A stretch of 63,977 bases of DNA, counting the filler, from Octopus bimaculoides (taxonomy: Eukaryota): assembly GCF_001194135.2 (NCBI RefSeq). It is 8 parts of 7 records of this genome, joined end to end, with 100 filler letters (N's around TTAATTAATTAA, not from the genome) between each part and the next. Parts side by side here need not be neighbours in the genome. Positions count along the whole stretch, not along the records: positions 38,196 to 45,333 come from NW_026339218.1; positions 45,434 to 56,468 come from NC_068990.1; 6 more parts are not named here. One strand, given 5' to 3'. How positions within the stretch are numbered: the stretch's first letter is position 1; each line of letters starts with the position of its first letter. Of this stretch, positions 39,751 to 49,707 are shown one piece after another. A program made the translations under genes and the position numbers. Below the pieces are notes generated by a model. That model saw only the letters and a program-made list of their open reading frames with translations, had not been told where the DNA came from and ran no database searches.

Positions 39751-40244
39751 GAAATAAAATAAAATATAATAAAAGAAGATCGAAAGAAAGGGGGAAGGGT
39801 ACAAGATGGAAGAATAAAAATGAATAAAGAATACAAAAAATAACAGATACAAGAAAAAAATGAAATATAAATTTAGAAATTAAAAAATTAAGTGGATAAA
39901 AATAGAAATTAAAAGAATTATAAAAAAATTAATACAATTAAAAAATTCGACGGAAAAACGATAAAAACTGATTTTAAAAATTCGAAAAAAGGTAACAGTG
40001 TAAAAGAGTAAGTGGGTATAGGAGAGGATAAAATAAAATACAAAGTTGCTTTTTTAAGGTAGGTGTAGAGACAGTCTTTAAGAGGAGGGGATTGTGTTGA
40101 GTCCGAAGCAGTTTGTGTTTGTAGACAGAAAATGAGACGCTATTCTAGGCGGAGTCGGGAGTGTGTGGTTCCGTGGTGCATGGCGAGGCCAAAAACGGAG
40201 ATATTAGAGGTGGAGCGATTGGCCAAGCGGAAATGACGGGCGAC

Positions 40245-40294
<50 letters not shown>

Positions 40295-40295
<1 letters not shown>

Positions 40296-41318
40296 GGAAT
40301 CAGGATGTCTTCTGGTTCAACCCGATTTTCAATTTGCATGTTTCAAACAAGATCGGTGGAAAATTTTTTGCTGCTTTGGACTAGTGTTTTCCTAAATCCA
40401 ATCGGTACCATGCTATTTTAAATCGACACACCGTGAAGGTATCCTACGCCAACTCTGCTAATTTAGAGAAGCTTATGCATCGCATACACAATAGCAAAAT
40501 GCGGCAAAGGTTCAATAACCCACCTACTAAATCTAGCGAACATTTGCATCTAAATACCAACCAAGATGTAAACCGCATTGATAAACACCAACTACGACCA
40601 TATTGTAGTAGAAGAAATACTTATGATACAGCTAGCACGGTAACAACGCCCGTAAATGGAGTCAAATGGACACATATATATACCCGTCTATCCTCCTCAT
40701 ATATAGTAACAATAACAATGGACTCTTTGGTGTGCATGTATAGACATTTATGTATGTACATCTAAACACACATATAGGTATTCATGTATTTATGTTTATG
40801 TATTTATGTATATCTGTATATGTTAACGTATGCATGCATATGTATATATATGTGAGTTTTTATGACACTATATATGGGTTTCTTTTATATGCTTTTATAT
40901 TTTTATATTTATACTTGAATTTTGTAAACTTTATGAACTGAACTTTGTAAATCTCTGAAGAGGCCTAGAGAATCATGCATGTACCTCCATTGCATCCATT
41001 TCATCTACCAATTACTCCAGCTTACTGGAGTTATGTAGATAGAATGAGGCATGCCACTTCTAGGCCGAAACAGCTGTAAGACTTTGTCCCTTCTTCGGTC
41101 ACTAGATGTCCATTTGAATTTTGAATTTTTAATTGTTGATATNNNNNNNNNNGTCACTAGATGTCCATTTGAATTTTGAATTTTTAATTGTTGATATGAC
41201 ATAGTGTGTCATATGTGTTTGTATATTGTCTTTATTGTCCTCTTGGTTAAAAATAAACAGGTAAATTAACATAATACAGGGTCTGCAAGTTGATGAGTAC
41301 CACATATTCCTCTCCATT
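40295..41318 (+). mobile_element. Penelope-like element fragment (RT-EN linker) plus 3' pLTR containing a hammerhead
   Basis: In-frame RNQDVFWFNPIFNLHVSNKIGGKFFAALD*CFPKSNRYHAILNRHTVKVSYANSAN matches the PLE motif IIWFNPPY...IG..F...D.HFP...IFNR.TVKVSYS. Segment 40500-40670 is homologous to 37010-37180. Confidence 0.85.
40951..41082 (+). ncRNA. Type I hammerhead ribozyme motif with canonical core and about 105-nt stem II domain
   Basis: UCU|CUGAAGA|GGCCUAGAG...UUCUAGGCC|GAAAC-AGCU-GUA^AGA. All core residues are present, stem II opens with a G-C pair, and stem I is UCU/AGA. Confidence 0.75.
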
Positions 41319-42038
41319 NNNNNNNNNNNNNNNNNNNNNNNNNNNNNNNNNNNNNNNNNNNNNNNNNNNNNNNNNNNNNNNNNNNNNNNNNNNNNNNNNN
41401 NNNNNNNNNNNNNNNNNNNNNNNNNNNNNNNNNNNNNNNNNNNNNNNNNNNNNNNNNNNNNNNNNNNNNNNNNNNNNNNNNNNNNNNNNNNNNNNNNNNN
41501 NNNNNNNNNNNNNNNNNNNNNNNNNNNNNNNNNNNNNNNNNNNNNNNNNNNNNNNNNNNNNNNNNNNNNNNNNNNNNNNNNNNNNNNNNNNNNNNNNNNN
41601 NNNNNNNNNNNNNNNNNNNNNNNNNNNNNNNNNNNNNNNNNNNNNNNNNNNNNNNNNNNNNNNNNNNNNNNNNNNNNNNNNNNNNNNNNNNNNNNNNNNN
41701 NNNNNNNNNNNNNNNNNNNNNNNNNNNNNNNNNNNNNNNNNNNNNNNNNNNNNNNNNNNNNNNNNNNNNNNNNNNNNNNGTTTGTGTGTCTATGTTTGTC
41801 CCCCCACCATCGCTTGACAACCGATGCTGGTGTGTTTGCGTCCCCGTAACTTAGCGGTTCGGCAAAAAGAGACCGATAGAATAAGTACTAGGCTTCCGAA
41901 GAATAAGTCCTGGGGTCGATTTGCTCGACTAAAGGCGGTGCTCCAGCATGGCCGCAGTCAAATGACTGAAACAAGTAAAAGAGTAAAAGAGTAAAAGAGA
42001 AAAAGAGTATATACAAAGAGAGAGAAACAGAAATAGAT

Positions 42039-42099
<61 letters not shown>

Positions 42100-42225
42100 T
42101 TATTTTACGATTATGTTAATATCCGGAAATGGGTAACAAGAATTCGGAATAAGAATTTTTGGAGTTATAACTTCCAACAAATTGCATCACATCGTTTCTT
42201 ATTTTTCATTTGCGTGTTTCCATGA

Positions 42226-42285
<60 letters not shown>

Positions 42286-44839
42286 GTGTGTGTGTGTGCG
42301 CGAGCGCGCGTATGCGCGCATGTTGTATGTGAATATGCAATCATTTTTCTTTTTTGTTATATTTCTTTTACGGAACCTACTTTGAGTGAAACCCCACCAC
42401 CACATCACACCTAGGAACCTACTGCACTATTGAAGGCGTATGTTTAACTGTAGAAGGTGTAGCTGTTATTGTATAACAACTAATCTGAAAACGTATTGAC
42501 CCCCACTAGAATTTCTATCGTCCTTTCTTCCTTTCTGGTGCAGGCTCTGGTGATGACTAATGCAGAAACACTTTGAATCTTTTGCCAGAACTCAGAAACG
42601 CCTTTAACTGTTTCCACAAATGTTTCTCGCCAGAAAACTCCGTTTCTTCTCGTAGTAACTTGTAAGCTATATACAGTGTGTTAGGATTGCTAGAGTATTT
42701 GTTTTTGTTTTTGTTTTGTTTGTTTTGTTTTGTTTTTATTTATTTATTTTTTTTCTCTCACATCTCCCTTAAAGTGTCTTATTCATACTAAATTCTCACG
42801 CGGAACTTGTAGGGAACAGGAAAATACGCTCCATTTTTTAAAATTGTGTTTTTGTTGGATTTTCATTGTTATGTGTGTATGTGTGTATGTGTGTATAATT
42901 TAGTGTGAATGTGTGAGTTTGTGAACGTGTGTGCATGTATGCATGTGTGTCCACGTGTGTATGTATGCGTCTGTATCCGTGTGTGTATTTCAGCTAGAAT
43001 TTATTGTTTTGCCGGTTGCTTTTTTGTACTTTAGAAGAAAACGAATTCAAGGTAAAGAGTTGTACAAGAGTTTTCATCCATCGTAGAATGAGATTGATAC
43101 ATATTTGAGCTTTTGCATAATTACTTTATCTATTCCAAATCGTAACCAATTCTCTTTCACATCCTACACTCTTGTAATAAAAAAAAAAAACAAGGAAGGG
43201 TATTTTAGATAATGTCCATAGCCGTCACTCGCAAGCCAGCTTGATTTGGTAGCGTGTGTCGTGGTTTCACAAATTATTCACAAACACGCTCATATAGTCA
43301 TGAGATCGGGAGACGATATGCACACCCTCTCAGCCACCCCATCCGCGACCTAACAAAACATTCAAGATGATATGAAGGGAGAGGACAGCAGTAGCACTTA
43401 GCTGGTATTCATTTCAACGAAGCTACATTAAGCGTCTTGCCGTTTTAGATGTTGTTGTTGTTGTTGTTGGCACTCCGTCGCTTACGACGTCGAGGGTTCC
43501 AGTTGATCCGATCAACGGAACAGCCTGCTCGTGAAATTAACGTGCAAGTGGCTGAGCACTCCACAGACACGTGTACTCTTAACGTAAGGTTCTCGGGGAT
43601 ATTCAGAGTGACACAGTGTGACAAGGCTGACCCTTTGAATTACAGGCACAACAGAAACAGGAAGTAAGAGTAAGAAAGTTGTGGTGGAAGAGNNNNNNNN
43701 NNNNNNNNNNNNNNNNNNNNNNNNNNNNNNNNNNNNNNNNNNNNNNNNNNNNNNNNNNNNNNNNNNNNNNNNNNNNNNNNNNNNNNNNNNNNNNNNNNNN
43801 NNNNNNNNNNNNNNNNNNNNNNNNNNNNNNNNNNNNNNNNNNNNNNNNNNNNNNNNNNNNNNNNNNNNNNNNNNNNNNNNNNNNNNNNNNNNNNNNNNNN
43901 NNNNNNNNNNNNNNNNNNNNNNNNNNTTTTTTTTTTATTTAATATTTTTCTTTTAGAGATTGACTGGATTAGGGTTGACCTGGGGTTAAACAACAAAAAC
44001 AACAACAGCTACACATCTTTGAAGAATTTCATGTAATGTTAGAAATAATTATTTCTAGCCTTGGATCAAGTCCAGAGAATTTGTGAGGAAAGCTCGGTCT
44101 ACCACAAAGAAATAATTGAACTCTTTCACAATTGGGTGTTTCCGATAATCTAGCAGTAATTTTGACACAAGGACAGCAATTTTGAGGGGAGAGAGAGGGC
44201 AAGTCGATGACGTGACTGGTATTTCTTTTATCATCTCTGAATAGGCAAAGTCGACTTCGGCAGAATTTGAACTCAGACGTAATGAGTGGAAGACATACCA
44301 GAAAGCATTTTTTCCGACACTTTAACAATTCTGCCACCTCACCGCCTTCAATTTAGCATCAAAATTAGAGAAAAAGAAAATGTTACAAAATCAAGAGTTA
44401 TCCAAAGAAGTTTTAAAAACAACATTTTCACGCAGTTATTTATAGCCTTATCTGCTTCGAGTTTCACCGTTTCAAAACAGAATTTTATATATGTGTATGC
44501 GCGCGCGCATGTATGCGTATGTGAGTGAGTGTGTCTATGCATACACACGACGATTGCCATACAGTTTCTATCTACCAAATTTACTCACAGAGCATTTGGT
44601 CGGCACGGGACTGTAGTAGAAGACACTTGCCCAGGGTACCGCACAGTGGGACTGAACCCGAAAACCATACAATCAGGAAGCGAAATTCTTAACCAAATAA
44701 CCATGCTTGCCCCTTATCCGCAGCCCGAAAAAAAAAACGGGGAGAGCTTTTGTCATATAATCGCTCAGAGAGTTTCAGTTAATAAAAGTTTTTCAACTCA
44801 ATATATTAAATATATATGACCTTACCATATTTTGTGCTT

Positions 44840-45100
44840 AATATGTAGAACGCTCCCCTGAGGTATTTTCCGTCCGACATATTGTTGACGGAATCGTAAA
44901 TCTCGCGAGAGGATTAACCAGTTAGGCGAGCAATGATATTAACTTCATTTAGCATGGCACCATGTAGCTTTACATCGATCGTTTTACGGCAAGTTGGTGT
45001 AGATTCTGTTAAGAGACATCAAAGGTCGATTTAACACGCTGCAGAAATTAACTCAACTACTGTTTGACTTCAAACGTCATGATTGAACTTAAAGTTTTAG
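44840..45100 (+). promoter_or_regulatory. CpG-retaining promoter-like region, probable ASB promoter, with TCTCGCGAGA palindrome
   Basis: Unique sequence with a local CpG excess and a perfect TCTCGCGAGA at 44901-44910. It lies immediately upstream of the CpG-depleted gene body. Confidence 0.5.
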
Positions 45101-45130
45101 TTTACAAATTATTTTACCAACACGAGCAAG

Positions 45131-45185
<55 letters not shown>

Positions 45186-45433
45186 GCGCGCATGCACACA
45201 TATATACATAAATACACGTACATATATATATATGTATATATACATACGTATATATATATATTCATATATATAATATACATACGTCTATTGTGTGTACATA
45301 TATATACGTATATACATATATATATATATATATNNNNNNNNNNNNNNNNNNNNNNNNNNNNNNNNNNNNNNNNNNNNTTAATTAATTAANNNNNNNNNNN
45401 NNNNNNNNNNNNNNNNNNNNNNNNNNNNNNNNN

Positions 45434-45450
45434 AAAAGTTCAAGGTAAGT
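45434..45450 (+). other. Candidate splice donor of an upstream ASB exon that is hidden in the assembly gap
   Basis: The contig restarts with aaaagttcaag|GTAAGT (GT at 45445), a perfect donor consensus 1.3 kb upstream of the ankyrin exon and just downstream of a CpG-rich promoter-like region. Confidence 0.35.
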
Positions 45451-45993
45451 TTGCGGTTAATGATATTTGGTTGATCCTCAAAGAATGATAAAAAAAACTT
45501 ACAGACTACATATTATAAAGTCAAAGTATAATGTTTTGGACATTGTCCTTTATGTGATACAAACAGTTAAGTCCATGAAAGAGAGAAATGGGTCAGGAAA
45601 ATTCTATGTAACTCACTTGTTTGTTCCCTGACTAACTGGAAATGTAAGATGTAACTGTAGTTTTTAATGGCAAGGCAGTGCTTCTTTGTGTGTGTGTGTG
45701 TGTGCGCGTGCGCATGTGTATGTGTGAGCGTAAGTATTTGTGTGAGGATACATGTAAATATATATAGAGTGTATATGTCTATATATTTTTGCATGTGTGT
45801 ATATATGTTTGTATAAGCTGTGTATTTGTGTGAGAAAGTGCTTGGTTATGAGATTAGCTATTTAACCTATTACTGGGGCCTTTGACATGTACTACCACTT
45901 CGGGCCTGAGCAGAGCTGAAAAAAGTGGTAACTTGGGTGTAACTCCATACATATCAAAACTCCTGAATTCTTAAACTAAAGTCTCACTTTATT

Positions 45994-46423
45994 TACATTA
46001 TTTACATTTGACGGATATTTCTCCTCATCTTGTTTGTTGTTAACACAACGTTTCGGCTGATATACCCTCCAGCCTTCAACAGGTGTCTTGGGGAAATTTC
46101 GAACCTGGGTTCTCATTCCTAAGGTATTTTTCGTTGTTGTTGTTGTTCAGGTCACTGCCTGGAATCGAACTTGGAATCTTGGGGTTAGTAGCCCGGGCAT
46201 TTGGCATAGTGGTTAAGAGCGTGGACTGTTAACCCCAAGATTCCAAGTTCGATTCCAGGCAGTGACCTGAACAACAACAACAACAATGAAAAATACCTTA
46301 GGAATGAGAACCCAGGTTCAAAATTTCCCCAAGACACCTGATGAAGGCTGGAGGGTATATCAGCCGAGACGTGTTAACAACAAACAAGATGAAGACAAAT
46401 ATCTGTCTAATGTAAATAATGTA
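45994..46423. mobile_element. Head-to-head inverted pair of a tRNA-headed SINE (family G) with a hammerhead-like 3' module
   Basis: Segment 45994-46195 is the reverse complement of about 46221-46423. Plus-copy head GGCATAGTGGTTAAGAGCG...GTTCGATTCC. The tail contains GACAC-CTGATGA-A-GGCTG..CAGCC-GAAACGTT-GTGTT. Confidence 0.85.
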
Positions 46424-46749
46424 CATAATTCCTCATCTCTTAAATATAGAACTGTAAAGACTCACTGTTGGATGCATTTTAACCCTTTAGCACTTAAACC
46501 GGCTATATCTGGCCCGAATATTCTTCCAGGTTTATGTTCAAACATATATCTCTGATAAACCACTGTATTTTGAGGTGAACAATATGATCTCCACCTAGTG
46601 TCAGTATTACATATCAGGAACACTGTTTTTCTGAATGCATCTAGGAGTTTAAACTGATATGTGACAAGTCTGCTCAATCAGGGTTGATGTGTGTTTAAAC
46701 ATTAACATAACTCTTTTTACTAATTACTTATATTTTCTACTACTTTCAG

Positions 46750-47065
46750 TTGTTGCTTGAATTTGGTGCTGATGTTAATCTCAAAAATCAGAATGATATC
46801 AAGATTGATTATCAAAGGCCACTAAGTTTGGCTTTTGCTTATCAACATTTGGAATGCGTCAAGTTATTATTGAAATCAGGAGCAGACCCTAACTTGTCTG
46901 GATATTTCTGTCACCGAGCAGTCCGTAAAAAATACTCCAGTATATATATCCATCTCTTTTACCAGTTTGGAATTAATATCTTTCAGAAGGATAAATCTCA
47001 AATGTTTGCTTGGGAATTAGACAATGATCAAAACGAGTGTGTCAAACTTCTTAACATCCTCAAAG
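46750..47065 (+). CDS. Internal coding exon of an ankyrin repeat and SOCS box (ASB) protein, ASB1/ASB12-like ankyrin repeats
   Basis: Acceptor tactttcAG at 46748-49 and donor GTgagt at 47066. The open frame LLLEFGADVNLKNQ...RPLSLAFAYQHLECVKLLLKSGADPN contains clear ankyrin motifs (LLxxGADVN, PLxxA...ECVKLLLxxGADPN). The exon is 316 nt and ends in phase 1. Confidence 0.92.
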
Positions 47066-47449
47066 GTGAGTCACATTTTACAACCTTCATCAAATTTTTT
47101 AAAGGATATTTCATTTTATAAATATATTCATTTTGTTTAATTATATATTGTGATATGCAAATATGTGGCCCAATGGTTGCAGTGTTTGGCCTACTGTAAT
47201 AAGATTGTGGATTCAAACATGGGTATAGACAAAACCTACAAGTTTGGGGTGTATTTGACCTCCTAAATATAGATTTCAAAATGTGTCTCTAAAAGTTGAC
47301 TTCTGTACAACTATATATATGGTATATTATAGAATTAAATTATCACTGTATGAATTATATTTTTACAAAATAGAATATATATAACAAAATTAGAATAGTT
47401 ATTATTTAGAATATATATATATGGCCACTGGAAAAATGTGAAAGGAAGG

Positions 47450-47735
47450 AATTTCAGATGGTTGACACTCTGCAGAAGAAGGACTTGGCCTTGTAGAGAG
47501 TGCCAGATCTACTGGAGTCAGGCATAATGTGACAGGAGGAAGAGAGATGAATTGAGAGTGCTTGAGTACAGGTGGAATGGGACCGGTTAACTTTTGAGTA
47601 GCAGATGGTATGGCAGTAGCAATGGAAAAAGTGAAGAGAAGAATCAGTGTGTCTGTGGACCTGAAAGAAGGGATAACAAAAGAAAATGAAGCTGTTGGTG
47701 ATAAGCTTTATGACTGACCTGTCTAACACATGGTG
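47450..47735 (-). mobile_element. Degenerate CR1/Jockey LINE 3' fragment in the ASB intron
   Basis: Minus strand reads SLHFFHCYCHTICYS...KSFFCRVSTI*NS, resembling the C-terminal LFYRY.HG.CS...SFF.RT..LWNSLP motif. Confidence 0.5.
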
Positions 47736-48387
47736 TCCATATTAAAATGATGACGATCAAATATATCAAAATATAGATGCGGGCGTGGCTGTATGGTTAA
47801 GAAGTTTGCTTCACAATCAAATGGTTTCAAGTTCAAGTCTTACTGTGTCATCTATTACAGTCTTGGCTGACCATTGTGAATTTATGTATGTATGTGTGCA
47901 TGAATGTTTTTGTGTGTCTCATTGCTTGACAACTGATGTTGGTTTGTTTATGTCCCCATAGATTAGCAGGTCTGACAAAAAGAGATTAATAGGATGTCAT
48001 CGTCGTCGTCGTCGTCGTCATCATCATCATCATCATCACCATCATCTCCATCATTGTTTAATGTCTGTTTTCCATGCTGGTACGGGTTGAGCAGTTTTGA
48101 CAGGAGGTGCTCAGCTGGGGGAGCTATCCTAGTAGAGTTAAATAAATATTGGCAACAATTTGGCTGACTAAATCCTTCAATGCAGAACTTCATCTTTGCT
48201 GCAGTCTATTGAGTGAAACAAGTAAAGGGACATAGGGATATAAAAATGGACTAAAGAGGCCATATTAATATGATGATTGATAAAATGTAACCTTTGTACC
48301 TTGAAGTCAGTGAATATTTTCCACACATTTATTCTTGACAGACTTTCCCTATACCTAGAATAATGGTTTCACTTTCTCTTTTAACAG

Positions 48388-48530
48388 AAACTCCACGGCA
48401 GCTAAAAGCATCTTGCAGGATATGCATTTGGAAACATATTGGATGGCAAAGAATAAAGAAAATCAATGAGCTAGTGATGTTACCTAAGTTTTTGATATCT
48501 TATTTGAACTATGATGATCTGTGTGGTTGA
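48388..48530 (+). CDS. Terminal coding exon of the ASB protein: SOCS box
   Basis: Acceptor ctcttttaacAG at 48386-87. Its phase matches the previous exon (G|AA = Glu). Translation (E)TPRQLKASCRICIWKHIGWQRIKKINELVMLPKFLISYLNYDDLCG* fits the SOCS box pattern PxxLxxLCRxxI...I..L..LP..L..YL. Stop TGA at 48528-30. Confidence 0.93.
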
Positions 48531-49562
48531 ATTCTTGGCAACAATGTTAACATTTCATGCAATTATTTCATGATAAGCGTGTTTTGTTCTTAATTTGAAA
48601 AATGATATTTAGCAAAGGTTTTAAATTCTTGTTCGAATTATAGTTTAAAATATTTGGGGTTTACATTTGTTTTTTCTTGTTATTTGAATACTGCTGACTG
48701 GATATATGTAAGAAGGAAAGGAAAGTGGCTTTAGGCTGATAGAAATGTATGTATCCTTCACAAATATTGCTTGTTGTATTTGGAAAATTATAGATTTAAA
48801 CTGCTGGCTTTCAAGTGATGTTAAAGCTATTGAAGTGAATTTCATTGACAACATTCGGCAGTAAATTGGAAAAAAAAACTTTTAAGTAAAAAACAGAGTG
48901 ATTTGTTTCTCATGATGGTAGCTAAAATAATCAAAGAGAATATCAAACATGGGGCAAAGAGAAAAGTAATAGAAACTCTGTCATAGCAAAATCTCATAGA
49001 AGTCACAAAAACTAAATGTGAAGGTCATATAAACTCATTAAGTTTTTCTATATGGTTAACATGAAAATCAAAACTGAAGGATTTATGTATTGCAATTTAC
49101 AAAATCCAAATTACAAAAGCAATCCATGATCCTTTTTACTGACAAAAATTACAATAGATCAGCTGACAGTGATGATCTTAAGGAAGGAAGGGTGAAACTG
49201 GTGACACATGAATAATTTACAAGACACCTTGCTCTCACTCTGTCTCTTTCTTTCTTTCTTTCTTTCTTTCTGTATGTATGTATGTATGTATGTATGCATG
49301 CATGCTTGCATACATACATACATACATACATACATCATACATGCATACATCCATCCATCCATCCATACATACATACATACATATCCTGTGTGTACAGTTA
49401 GATGTATGATTCCTACTATTCAGTTTAGAGCTCCATGTAGATTATCATCACCAAGTTTGCTTTTATTATAGTGGCTTGGTTACTACTATACTTAGTAGTA
49501 TTACTGGTTACAATATACAGAGCAAATGTAGGATTACTTATGATTAACACAAGTTTATATAA

Positions 49563-49707
49563 TTTGTTCCCTTACATTCATTTCACTGCTGTGGTTCTTT
49601 GGAACATCTGTATTGGCCCTGTTGTGGTTATGCATCCAATTGCACTTTGAACATTCAATGCAGAGGTTCCAAACAACCGCAATGGTGAAACATATGTAGG
49701 GAAGAAA
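49563..49707. repeat. Fold-back hairpin (MITE-like), arms of about 53 bp
   Basis: tttgttcccttacattcatttcactgctgtggttctttggaacatctgtattg versus caatgcagaggttccaaacaaccgcaatggtgaaacatatgtagggaagaaa. Confidence 0.75.

Noticed and set aside
38431-39852. 473-aa, 401-aa and other long His/Thr or Val/Cys ORFs
   Set aside because: Translations of TG/CA dinucleotide satellite plus Ns; no domain and no splice logic.
41095-41195. Direct duplication across a 10-N gap (also at 55910-56030)
   Set aside because: Exact overlap of contig ends that were not merged; assembly artefact.
42490-42665. About 60-codon open minus-strand frame (VFWRETFVETVKGVSEFWQK...)
   Set aside because: No recognisable domain, weak acceptor and no partner exon; not supportable without transcript data.
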